The notes beneath the pieces were generated by a model. The model made no database searches. It saw only the letters and a program-made list of their open reading frames with translations, and was not told where the DNA came from. DNA of 64,000 nt from Acidobacteriota bacterium (GTDB lineage Bacteria > Acidobacteriota > Vicinamibacteria > Vicinamibacterales > UBA8438): positions 7,462-71,461 of the forward strand of contig VXRJ01000035.1 of assembly GCA_009838525.1 (NCBI GenBank), read 5' to 3'. Shown here in pieces: positions 16,755 through 26,379 of this stretch (positions within the stretch are counted from its first letter, which is position 1; each line of letters begins with the position of its first letter). The position numbers and the translations under genes were made by a program.

Positions 16755-19700
16755 ATGGACATTTCCCGCCGGACATTCCTGAAGGCCTCGGTCACCGGGG
16801 CGGCCGCGGTCAGCGCCCTCGGCTTCGATCTCGGTCCGGCGCATGCCGCGGTCCGGCAGCTCAAGATCCGGAACGCGCGCGAATACCGCACCGTCTGCCC
16901 CTATTGCGCGGTCGGCTGCGGGACGATCGCCTACGTCCACGGCAGCGGCGGGCTGAACACGACGAACACGGTGATCCATGTCGAGGGCGATCCGGACAGC
17001 CCGATCAATGGCGGTACCCTCTGCCCGAAGGGGGCGTCGCAGATGCAGCTCGCGGTCAGTCCGCGCCTCCGTCACCAGCCGCTCATCCGCCGCGCCGGCG
17101 CGGCGGACTGGGAGGAGATCGACTGGGACGAGGCGATGGACTGGTTCGCGCGGAAGTTCAAGGATTCGCGCGACGCCTCGTTCGTCGGCGAGGACGAGGA
17201 CGGCCGCACCGTCAACCGCGTCGAGGGGATTTCCTGGGTCGGCAGCGCCACCGTCTCGAACGAGGACGCGTACCTCATCACGAAGACGATGCGCGCAATG
17301 GGGCTGGTGTACATCGATCACCAGGCCCGGATATGACACAGCCCCACGGTGGCCAGTCTGGCCGCCACGTTCGGACGCGGGGCGATGACCAACCACTGGA
17401 AGGACATCAAGAACACCGATGTCATCCTGGTGATGGGGGCGAATCCGGCGGAGAACCATCCGTGCGGGTTCAAGTGGGCGGTCGAGGCGCGTGACGAGCG
17501 GGGCGCGAAGCTCCTCACCATCGATCCGCGGTTCACGCGGACGTCGGCGGTTGCCGACCGGCACCTGCAGATCCGGCCGGGGGCCGACATCGGCATCCTG
17601 GGCGGACTGATCCGCTACGCGCTGGAGAACGACCTCCACCACGCCGACTACGTCCGCGCGCACACCAACGCGTCGTTCATCGTGGGCGAGGAGTTCGGCT
17701 TCGAGGACGGACTGTTCGCCGGCTACGACGAGGCGGCGGGGAACTACGACCGCACGGCGTGGGACTACGAGCGGGGCTCGGACGGCTACGTGCGCCGCGA
17801 CCTGACGCTCGAGCATCCCCGCTCGGTCTTCCAGTTGCTGAAGCAGCACTACGACCGCTACACGCCCGACGTCGTCGCCGACATCGCCGGCTGCTCGGAA
17901 GAAGACTTCCTGGCGATGGCGGAGATTATCTGTTCCACCGGAACGGCCGACCGGGTGGGAACGATCATGTACGCCGTCGGCTGGACGATGCACACCGTCG
18001 GCAGCCAGATCATCCGGACCGCGGCGATCCTGCAACTGCTGCTCGGCAACATCGGGCGTCCGGGGGGCGGGATCAACGCGCTACGCGGCCATGCCAACGT
18101 GCAGGGAGCGACGGACCATGCCATCGTCGCCGGCATCCTGCCGGGCTATCTCCGGGTGCCGACCCCGCCCCAGGAGTCGCTTGCCGCGCACCTGAGCGAC
18201 TCGACACCCCAGCCGCTCGTTCCCGACACCGTGAACTACTGGGGTAACTATCCGAAGTTCTACGTCTCGCAGATGAAGGCGTGGTTCGGCGACCACGCGA
18301 CGCGCGCCAACGACTTCGCCTACGACTACCTTGCCAAGCAGGGCGAGGATGCCACCTGGCTGTCCATCTGGGACAAGGCGCGCGCCGGCACGCTGGAGGG
18401 ATTCATCGCGCTCGGCTTCAATCCGCTGCTGGCCGGCCCGGACGTGCCGCGGCTGCTCGACGCGATGTCGAAGCTGCGGTGGAAGGTCGTGATCGATCCG
18501 TTCATGCTCGATTCGGCCGAGTTCTGGAAGGCGCCGGGCATGAATCCGGCGGAGATCGACACGGAGGTGTTGTATCTCCCGTCGTCGCACTGGATCGAGC
18601 GGGACGGCTCGTTCACCAACAGCGGCCGGTGGGCGCAGTGGAAAGAGAAGGCGGTCGATCCGCCGATCGGCGTCCGATCCGACACCTGGATCCTCTCGGA
18701 TCTGTTCTGGCGCGTGAAGGAGCTGTACCAGGAAGAGGGCGGCGCCTGGAACGACGCCATTCAGCACCTCACCTGGGACTATCTCAATCCGCGCGAGCCG
18801 ACCATGGAGGAGCTCGCCAAGGAGATCAACGGCTACGATCGGAACTCCGGGCGCCTGCTCTCGTCTTTTGGCGAGTTGCAGGACGACGGCTCGACGACGG
18901 CCGGCAACTGGATCTACACCGGCAGCTTCACGGAGGCGGGCAACCTGATGCAGCGGCGCGGCACGTCGGATCCGACCGGCCTCGGCATGCACCATGACTG
19001 GGCGTTCAGTTGGCCGCTGAATCGGCGCGTTCTCTATAACCGCGCGTCGGCCGACGCGGAAGGGCGTCCGTGGGATCCGGCGCGGGCCGGCATAGCCTGG
19101 AACGGCCGCGAATGGATCGGCGACGTTCCCGATTTCGGCCGGACGACGCCGCCCGATGCGGCGGGGGCGTTCATCATGACCGAGGAGGGGGTGGCCCGGC
19201 TGTTCAGCACCGACTACCTGGCGGACGGCCCCTTCTCCGAGCATTACGAGCCGGTGGAGAGTCCGTCGCCGAACGTGCTGCACGACGGCGTGCCGGTCAA
19301 TCCGGTAATCCGGTGGTATGACGGCGTGCGCGAATCGCTCGCCGCGACCGGAGATGCCGAGTTTCCTTACGCCTGCACCATCTACCGCGTCGTCGAGCGC
19401 GAGCACTTCGTCACGTCGAACGTGCCGTACCTTGTCGAGACGATGCCCGACTTCTTTGTCGAGGTGCCGGAGGGACTCGCCGCCGAGAAGGGGATCCCGA
19501 ACGGCAGCCGCGTGCGGGTCTGGTCGAGACGGGGCGAGGTGGAGGGAACCGCGATTGTCACCAAGCGGATCAAGCCGCTGCGCGTGAACGGCCGGGTCAC
19601 CTGGACGATCGGCATCCCCGTCCACTGGGGCTTCGTGGGCCTGACGCAGGGGTCCATGGCGAACCTGTTGACGCCGTTCATCGGCGATGCGAATACGCGC

Positions 19701-19769
19701 TGTCCGGAGTTCAAGGCGTTCCTGGTGAACATCGAGCCGGCCGGCGGCGCGGCACGGGTGGAGACGTAG
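16755..19769 (+). CDS. fdnG: Formate dehydrogenase-N alpha subunit, selenocysteine-containing (TGA 17334-17336 read as Sec)
   Basis: Two same-frame ORFs are interrupted only by TGA. The context [28 protein letters not shown] matches the Sec site of FdnG/FdoG-type enzymes. Tat signal SRRTFLKAS. Mo-bisPGD enzyme length (~1004 aa). Confidence 0.9.
17334..17370 (+). promoter_or_regulatory. UGA(Sec) codon plus candidate bacterial SECIS hairpin
   Basis: GGUGGCC-AGUCU-GGCCGCC (17348-17366). 7-bp stem with one G-U pair and a GUC-containing loop, starting 11 nt after the UGA. Confidence 0.6.
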
Positions 19770-19773
19770 TGCA

Positions 19774-20646
19774 ATGGCCGATAGCCTGACAATCCGTCGC
19801 GTCTCCGCGAGCCCCGACGCCTTCATCCCGATCGACTCGCTCCGCTCGGGCGCACCCGCCTATGCCAAGCTCATCGACATCTCGAAATGCATCGGCTGCA
19901 AGGGCTGCGAGGTCGCCTGCAAGGAATGGAACGACCTCGGCGTCGAGCCCACGGCGAACTTCGGAAGCTACCAGAGCCACCGGGATCTGACTCCCAAGAC
20001 GTGGCTGCTGATGCGGTTCAACGAAGTCGAGATCGATGGCAACCTCAACTGGCTGATCAAGAAGGACGCCTGCCTCCACTGCGAGGAGCCGGGTTGCCTG
20101 TTCGCCTGCCCCGCGCCCGGCGCCATCGTGCAGTACACGAACGGCATCGTCGACTTCAACCAGGAGAACTGCATCGGCTGCCAGTACTGCGTTACCGGCT
20201 GCCCGTTCGACATCCCGCGCTTCGACGCGTCGACGCGCAAGGTCTCCAAGTGCAACATGTGCATCGATCGGGTGGAGTCGGGGCTGGAGCCGGCGTGCGT
20301 GAAGACCTGCCCGACGAACGCGATTTCCTGGGGCAGCAAGAGCGACATGCTCGCGCTGGCCGACAAGAAGATCGAAACGCTCCGGTCGCGCGGCTATGCG
20401 AACGCCGCCGTCTACAACCCGGCGGGCGTCGGCGGCACGCACATGATGTACGTCGTCCCGCACGGCGACCGGCTGGAGGACTACAGCCTGCCGTCCGATC
20501 CGACCGCGAGCCCGGCGCCGATGACCGCGCTTGGTTTCCTGAAGCGGACCGGCGCCTGGCTGATGGGCTTCAGTGTGCTGGGCGCCCTGGTCCACTTCGT
20601 GCGGTACGGACCGGAGCGTGTCGACGAGGAGCACGATGGCGAGTGA
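19774..20646 (+). CDS. fdnH: Formate dehydrogenase-N beta subunit (4x[4Fe-4S], C-terminal TM anchor)
   Basis: Multiple CxxCxxCxxxCP ferredoxin motifs and a C-terminal hydrophobic helix. Confidence 0.9.
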   Translation: MADSLTIRRVSASPDAFIPIDSLRSGAPAYAKLIDISKCIGCKGCEVACKEWNDLGVEPTANFGSYQSHRDLTPKTWLLMRFNEVEIDGNLNWLIKKDACLHCEEPGCLFACPAPGAIVQYTNGIVDFNQENCIGCQYCVTGCPFDIPRFDASTRKVSKCNMCIDRVESGLEPACVKTCPTNAISWGSKSDMLALADKKIETLRSRGYANAAVYNPAGVGGTHMMYVVPHGDRLEDYSLPSDPTASPAPMTALGFLKRTGAWLMGFSVLGALVHFVRYGPERVDEEHDGE

Positions 20647-21256
20647 CCGCCTGCTGCATCGTTTCTCGTTCACCGAGCGACTGGTGCATTGGGTGGTCGG
20701 CGTCACCTTCGTCCTGCTGCTCGCCACCGGACTCGCCTTCGCGCATCCGCCGCTCTTCTTCCTGACCGCCCTGCTCGGCGGCGGCCCCGCCGCGCGCGTG
20801 CTGCACCCCTGGGTGGGCGCGCTCTTCAGCGTTGCGATGCTCGCCATGATCTGGATCTGGATCCGCGACATGTTCCTGGACGCCGCCGACCGCCGCTGGC
20901 TCCGGGCGCTGCCGGCGTACGTGACGCGCGACCGGGAGCACGTGCCGCCCGCGGGAAAGTACAACGCCGGCCAGAAGCTCTTCTTCTGGTCGCAGTTCGT
21001 CTTCGCGGCCTTCTTCCTGCTGAGCGGCATTCCGCTCTGGTTTCCGGCCGGCTGGGAGTCGTCCACGCTCCAGTGGATGCGCCTGACCCACTACGCGGTG
21101 ACCCTGGGTGGCGGAGTCGCTCTCGTCGTCCATGTCTATCTCGGCACCCTTGCCTACCCGGGCACTGCGCGCAGCATGATCGACGGCAAGGTTACCGAGC
21201 GCTGGGCCCGCCACCACCACCCGGCGTGGAAACCCGAAGAGTCGCCCCGGACGTAG
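20636..21256 (+). CDS. fdnI: Formate dehydrogenase-N gamma subunit (cytochrome b556)
   Basis: Four TM helices with conserved His (RLVHWVV...). Start ATG 20636 overlaps the fdnH end by 11 nt. Confidence 0.8.
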   Translation: MASDRLLHRFSFTERLVHWVVGVTFVLLLATGLAFAHPPLFFLTALLGGGPAARVLHPWVGALFSVAMLAMIWIWIRDMFLDAADRRWLRALPAYVTRDREHVPPAGKYNAGQKLFFWSQFVFAAFFLLSGIPLWFPAGWESSTLQWMRLTHYAVTLGGGVALVVHVYLGTLAYPGTARSMIDGKVTERWARHHHPAWKPEESPRT

Positions 21257-21269
21257 GCGCCTAACGCTC

Positions 21270-22112
21270 GTGGCGTCCGATCCGGTCTGGAACCTCCGCC
21301 GCGCGCGGGCCGACACACTCCGCGCCAGGCACCCGCCCGCTGCCGAGCTGCTGGGGTTCTACGCCGACCTGCTGGCGCTGCAGGAGTCGATCTACGGCGA
21401 AGTGCTGCATTCGTCGTGGCCGACGGTTGACGTCCAGGGGGCGCGGCTTCGGCTCGACCGCCTGCCGGAGCGGCAGACGACCTGGGTCTTCGACAAGTTC
21501 ATTCGCGCCCTGCCGCCGTCCGCGACACCGGTGCTGAAGGCGATCGCCGAGCGGCTGGCCAACGACCGGGATCTTCGCCACGACCTGCTCGTGACCTGGA
21601 TCGGCCGCCGCCCGCTGGAGGAGATCGCCGACGGTCTCGACTGCGACGCCGCGCCGCTGGAGTTCTTTCCGCGCGCCTTCCTGCAGCCGTACGCCGAGGC
21701 GCTCCGGGTTCGCGCGGGTGTTGCCGCTACCGACGCCAAGATGCTCACGCCGGCCGCGTGTCCCCGCTGCCAGTGCCGTCCCGTGGCCGCCATCCTGAGG
21801 GACGAGCCGGAGATCAAGGGCCGCAAGACGCTCCTCTGCTCGCTCTGCGCCGCCGAATGGGCGTTTCCAAGGAGCCGCTGCGTCGCCTGCGGAGAGGAGG
21901 CGCCGGACCGGCTTCAGTCCCACGTGGCGGAGGCGTGGACGCACATCCGGCTGGAGGAATGCGCGTCGTGCGGCACCTACCTCAAGACCATCGACCTGAG
22001 AGAATCGGGCCTCGCGGTTCCCGTCGTCGATGAGCTCGCCTCGGTAGAGCTGGACCTTTGGGCGGCTGAACGGAATCTGACCAAGTACCAGCCCAACCTC
22101 TTCGGACTCTAG
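21270..22112 (+). CDS. fdhE: Formate dehydrogenase accessory protein FdhE
   Basis: Four CxxC pairs (CPRCQC, CSLCAAEW, CVACGE, CASCGTYLK). Confidence 0.85.
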   Translation: MASDPVWNLRRARADTLRARHPPAAELLGFYADLLALQESIYGEVLHSSWPTVDVQGARLRLDRLPERQTTWVFDKFIRALPPSATPVLKAIAERLANDRDLRHDLLVTWIGRRPLEEIADGLDCDAAPLEFFPRAFLQPYAEALRVRAGVAATDAKMLTPAACPRCQCRPVAAILRDEPEIKGRKTLLCSLCAAEWAFPRSRCVACGEEAPDRLQSHVAEAWTHIRLEECASCGTYLKTIDLRESGLAVPVVDELASVELDLWAAERNLTKYQPNLFGL

Positions 22113-22121
22113 CAGCACATC

Positions 22122-22127
22122 TATAAT
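22122..22127 (+). promoter_or_regulatory. -10 box TATAAT, 9 nt upstream of the thiolase ATG (leaderless-type)
   Basis: TATAAT-gcggcgttc-ATG; no SD. Confidence 0.55.
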
Positions 22128-22136
22128 GCGGCGTTC

Positions 22137-23342
22137 ATGGACGCGTTCATCTACGGCGGCGCCCGCACGCCGTTCGGCCGGCACGCCGGCGCGCTCGCCG
22201 CGGTGCGGCCCGACGATCTGCTCGGCGACCTGATCGCCACCGTCGTGGATCAATCGCCGTTCGACGGCGCGGCCTTCGAGGACGTGATCGCGGGTTGCAC
22301 GAATCAGGCGGGGGAAGACTCCCGGAACGTCGCCCGACGGGCCGGACTGCTTGCGGGCCTGCCGATCGAGGTGGCGGGAATCACCGTCAACCGCCTCTGC
22401 GCAAGCGGGCTGGCCGCGGTCGTGGATGCCGCGCGGGCGGCGACGTGCGGGCAGGGAGACCTGTTCCTGGCCGGCGGCGTCGAGAGCATGAGCCGGGCGC
22501 CGTTCGTGATGGGCAAGGCGGATCGGGCATATTCGCGGCAGTTCTCGCTCTTCGACACGACCCTGGGCACGCGCTTTCCGAACCCGCGCGCGACCGCCGC
22601 GTACGGCGACCACGCGATGTTCGAGACGGCGGAGGAAGTCGCGGCGGATCTCGGGATAACGCGCGAGGCGAGCGATGCGTTCGCCGCCGCGTCGCAGGCG
22701 AAGTACGCGCGGGCGAAGGCGGAGTGCTTCTATTCCGAAGAGATTCAGCCGGTGTCCGTGCCGTCGCGCCGCCGTGCGACGCCTCCGGCGACGGTTTCCG
22801 AGGACGAGCATCCGCGGCCCGGCGTCACCGTCGACGCGCTCGCCGCCCTTCGGCCGCTTGCCGACGGCGGTGTGGTCACGGCCGGGAGCGCTTCGGGCAT
22901 CAACGACGGCGCCGCGGCGTTGATTGTCGGCTCCCGCGCGGCGGGCGAGCGGGCGGGCGCCGCGCCGCTCGCGCGGATCGTCTCGGCGGCGGCGGCCGGC
23001 GTCGAGCCGCGGGTCATGGGACTCGGGCCGGTTCCCGCCTCCCGCAAGGCCCTGGATCGCGCCGGTCTCACCCTCGCCGACATGGACGTGATCGAGATCA
23101 ACGAGGCGTTTGCCGCCCAGGTGCTCGGCTGCCTCGCGCAGCTCGGCCTCTCGGCGGACGACAGCCGGGTCAATCCGAACGGTGGCGCCATCGCGATCGG
23201 CCATCCGCTCGGCGCATCCGGCGCGCGGCTCGCCTTGACGGCGACGCGTCAATTGCGGCGCGCCAACGGCCGTTACGCGCTGGTGACACTGTGCATCGGT
23301 GTCGGACAGGGGCTCGCGGCGGTTCTGGAGCGCGCCGCCTGA
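22137..23342 (+). CDS. Acetyl-CoA C-acyltransferase (thiolase)
   Basis: NRLCASGL active-site Cys region and a C-terminal CIGVGQG motif. Confidence 0.9.
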   Translation: MDAFIYGGARTPFGRHAGALAAVRPDDLLGDLIATVVDQSPFDGAAFEDVIAGCTNQAGEDSRNVARRAGLLAGLPIEVAGITVNRLCASGLAAVVDAARAATCGQGDLFLAGGVESMSRAPFVMGKADRAYSRQFSLFDTTLGTRFPNPRATAAYGDHAMFETAEEVAADLGITREASDAFAAASQAKYARAKAECFYSEEIQPVSVPSRRRATPPATVSEDEHPRPGVTVDALAALRPLADGGVVTAGSASGINDGAAALIVGSRAAGERAGAAPLARIVSAAAAGVEPRVMGLGPVPASRKALDRAGLTLADMDVIEINEAFAAQVLGCLAQLGLSADDSRVNPNGGAIAIGHPLGASGARLALTATRQLRRANGRYALVTLCIGVGQGLAAVLERAA

Positions 23343-23351
23343 GCCCGCCCG

Positions 23352-24761
23352 ATGGCTGGCCGTCACGTTCGTCTGATCGCTCTCGCCGTCATCTATCTCC
23401 TCGTCGCGCACGTCCTGCCGCCGCCCGAGGGTGTCGACCCGCAGGGGTGGCGCATCACCGCCATCTTCTTCGCGACGATCGCGGGCTTGATGCTGCAGCC
23501 GCTGCCCGGCTCGCAGGTCGTCCTGCTCGGCATCACGGCGCTCGTGCTCGTTGGCCGTGTCCCGCTCGAACGTGCCCTGACGGGCTACGCGACCGCGTCG
23601 GTCTGGCTGGTCCTGGCCGCGATGCTGATGTCGCGCGCGTTGCGCGACTGCGGTCTGGCCCGGCGCATTGCGCTGTGGTTCGTCCGTGCGATCGGCCGGA
23701 CGTCACTCGGCCTGGCGTACGCGCTCCATCTCACCGACCTGACGCTTGCGACCGGGGTGCCGTCAATCACGGCGCGCGGCGGCAGCATCGTCTTCCCGAT
23801 CGCGCGGAGCATTTCCACGCTGTATCAATCGGAGCCCGGTCCCACGTCGTCGCGCCTGGGCACCTTCCTGATGACGTCGATGTACCAGACCAGCGGCATT
23901 GCGTCGGCCATGTTCTTCTACAGCAGCGCCGCCAACCTGCTGATGGGCGATCTGGCGCGCCAGGTCGCGGGCATAGAGATCACCTGGGCGAGCTGGTTTC
24001 TCGCCGGCCTGGTCCCCGGCGTCGTCTCGAGCGTGCTGATTCCGCCGCTGATCATGCGCGTGCTGCCGCCGGAAGTGCGCAGCACGCCGGCCGCGCCGGA
24101 GTTCGCGCAGAAGGAACTGGACAAGCTGGGGCCGGTCAAGGGTGCGGAGGCGGTGGTCGCGGCGGTCTTCGTCGGACTCATCGGCTTCTGGGTTCTCTCG
24201 TCGTATGTCGACTGGCTCTCGGCCGGTCTGGTGGCGCTCGTCGGGATGGGCGTGCTGTTCGTGTCCGGGGCGCTTACCTGGAACTCGGCGCTGAGTGAAC
24301 GATCCGCCTGGGACATATACGTCTGGTACGGCGGACTGATAACGATGGGCGGCCTGCTGAACGAGAGCGGATCGACCGCGGCGTTCGCCAGCTTCGTCGG
24401 AGGGTGGCTTGCCGGCATTCCCTGGCTGGCGGTGCTGGTCGTGGCGCTCGTGCTCTACTTCTACGCCCACTACTTCTTCGCCAGCACGACGGCCCACGCG
24501 CTGGCCCTCTACGGTCCGTTCGTCGCACTGCTCGCGGGCGCCGGCGCCCCAGTCGCGGTGGCGGTCTACGCACTGGTCTATCTGAACAACCTGCAGGCGG
24601 GACTGACCCACTACGGCACAACGACGTCGCCCATCATCTTCGTCGAGAAGTACGTCAGCTTCGCCGACTGGTGGCGGGCCGGGTTCATCGTCTCGCTGCT
24701 CAACCTGGCGGTCTGGCTGACGGTCGGCATCGCATGGTGGAGAATGCTGGGGTTGTGGTGA
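23352..24761 (+). CDS. DASS-family anion/dicarboxylate transporter
   Basis: 469 aa polytopic permease with a DASS/SodiT1-like N-terminus. Confidence 0.68.
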   Translation: MAGRHVRLIALAVIYLLVAHVLPPPEGVDPQGWRITAIFFATIAGLMLQPLPGSQVVLLGITALVLVGRVPLERALTGYATASVWLVLAAMLMSRALRDCGLARRIALWFVRAIGRTSLGLAYALHLTDLTLATGVPSITARGGSIVFPIARSISTLYQSEPGPTSSRLGTFLMTSMYQTSGIASAMFFYSSAANLLMGDLARQVAGIEITWASWFLAGLVPGVVSSVLIPPLIMRVLPPEVRSTPAAPEFAQKELDKLGPVKGAEAVVAAVFVGLIGFWVLSSYVDWLSAGLVALVGMGVLFVSGALTWNSALSERSAWDIYVWYGGLITMGGLLNESGSTAAFASFVGGWLAGIPWLAVLVVALVLYFYAHYFFASTTAHALALYGPFVALLAGAGAPVAVAVYALVYLNNLQAGLTHYGTTTSPIIFVEKYVSFADWWRAGFIVSLLNLAVWLTVGIAWWRMLGLW

Positions 24762-26308
24762 TGAGAGCTAACGGCAGGACGGCGGCCATCCTCATCGTTG
24801 CGCTGGCCGGGGCGGCATGCGGGGCGGAGCAACAGCCGGCGGAAGCGCCGGCGTCTGGCGCGGGCAGCCGTGATCCCGTCGCCGAGGGTCCGCTGGATCT
24901 TGCCATCGCGGGCGGGCGGGTGATGGATCCGGAGAGCGGCCTCGACGCCGTCCGCCACGTCGGCATCCGCGACGGCAGCGTCGCGGTAATTTCCGAGACG
25001 CCGCTCGACGCCGCCGAGACGATCGATGCTGACGGCCTGGTGGTCGCGCCAGGCTTCATAGACCTGCACGCGCACGGCCAGGATCCGGCGAGCAACCGCT
25101 TTCAGGCGATGGATGGCGTCACGACGGCGCTCGAGCTGGAAATAGGCGCCTTCCCCGTCGACCGTTGGTACCGCCGTCGCGGCGGGGCGTCGCTCATCAA
25201 CTACGGCGTCACCGTCAGCCACCAGGGTGCGCGCCGCTGGGCGACCGGCAGCGTATTCGCCCGCAGCAACGACGACGGGACGTTCTCGCTGGGCGAGAGC
25301 GGCGACGACACGCTCTATCGCGCCGTCACCGCCGACGAACAGGCGAGGCTCGACGAATTGATGGAGCGCGGGCTCCGCGACGGCGGCCTTGGTTTCGGCT
25401 TCGGACTGAGCTACACGCCCGGCGTCGCCCACGACGAACTGCTGCATCTGTTCGAGGTCGCGGCCGGTCATGGCGTGCCGTCGTTCGTCCACCTCCGCTC
25501 CTCCGGCGACTTCGTGCGGGGCGGCACGCTGGCGCCGTTCCAGGAGGTAATCGCCAACGCCGCGATCACCGGTGCGGCCCTGCACATCGTTCACCTCAAC
25601 AGCAGCGCCGGCTCCTCGGCGGAAGCCGCGGTGGCGATGGTGCGGGGGGCGCGCGAGCGGGGAGTCGACGTCACGATGGAGGCGTACCCGTATACGGCGA
25701 GCGCGTCGCTGATCGAATCGCCGTTGTACGACTCGTGGGAAGGACGTCCCGCGTCGGCGTACCAGTCGCTGCAATGGGTGGAGACCGGGGAGCGGCTCAC
25801 CCCCGAGACATTTGCCCGTTACCGCCGCCAGGGAGGCTGGGTAATCGGACACGGCCGCTCCGAGGAGCTGAATGCCTGGATCGTCGCCCAGCCGGACGTC
25901 ATCGCGGCGAGCGACGGCATTCCGTTCAGCGAAGGGCGAGCCCATCCGCGCGGGGCGGGGACGTTCGCGCGCATCCTCGGACATTACGCGCGCGACGAAG
26001 GAGCGCTTTCGTTGATGGACGCGCTCCGCAAGATGACGCTCCTGCCGGCCCAGCGTCTGGAGGCGATGGCGCCGGTGATGAGCCGCAAGGGGCGTGTGCA
26101 GGTCGGCAGCGACGCCGACCTGACGATCTTCGATCCCGAGCGAATCATCGACCGCGCCACCTACGAGGCCCCGGATCAGTACTCGGAGGGGATAGCGCAC
26201 GTGCTGGTCGGAGGAGAGTTCGTCGTGCGGGATGCCGTGCTGCTGGAAGACGCCGCGCCGGGCCGCCCCATCATGGGCCGACACCTGGAGAGCGATACTC
26301 CTCCGTAG
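24761..26308 (+). CDS. N-acyl-D-amino-acid deacylase (D-aminoacylase) family amidohydrolase, exported or lipoprotein
   Basis: ATG overlaps the upstream TGA (TGATG). Signal peptide with a Cys (LAGAAC). PGFIDLHAHG metal-binding motif. Confidence 0.75.
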   Translation: MRANGRTAAILIVALAGAACGAEQQPAEAPASGAGSRDPVAEGPLDLAIAGGRVMDPESGLDAVRHVGIRDGSVAVISETPLDAAETIDADGLVVAPGFIDLHAHGQDPASNRFQAMDGVTTALELEIGAFPVDRWYRRRGGASLINYGVTVSHQGARRWATGSVFARSNDDGTFSLGESGDDTLYRAVTADEQARLDELMERGLRDGGLGFGFGLSYTPGVAHDELLHLFEVAAGHGVPSFVHLRSSGDFVRGGTLAPFQEVIANAAITGAALHIVHLNSSAGSSAEAAVAMVRGARERGVDVTMEAYPYTASASLIESPLYDSWEGRPASAYQSLQWVETGERLTPETFARYRRQGGWVIGHGRSEELNAWIVAQPDVIAASDGIPFSEGRAHPRGAGTFARILGHYARDEGALSLMDALRKMTLLPAQRLEAMAPVMSRKGRVQVGSDADLTIFDPERIIDRATYEAPDQYSEGIAHVLVGGEFVVRDAVLLEDAAPGRPIMGRHLESDTPP

Positions 26309-26367
26309 GAGCTTGCGCGCCGGCAGGGCATGCGCCCGCGCTAGCGAAGCTTCCAGCGCTTCCGAGG
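26301..26367. repeat. Intergenic repeat R1-related, degenerate copy c
   Basis: Begins CTCCGTAGGAG (the TAG is the deacylase stop) and contains the GCGCTAGCGAAGCTTCC and GGGC-ATGC-GCCC hairpins. Lies between convergent genes. Confidence 0.55.
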
Positions 26368-26379
26368 ACGTGCAGCCGG

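Noticed and set aside
16755-19769. Reading 16755-17336 and 17349-19769 as two separate genes, or as an fdnG pseudogene disrupted by a nonsense mutation.
   Set aside because: The TGA is exactly at the position of the catalytic selenocysteine of FdnG-type enzymes. The frame is maintained, a SECIS-like hairpin follows, and the rest of the operon (fdnH, fdnI, fdhE, fdhD) is intact.
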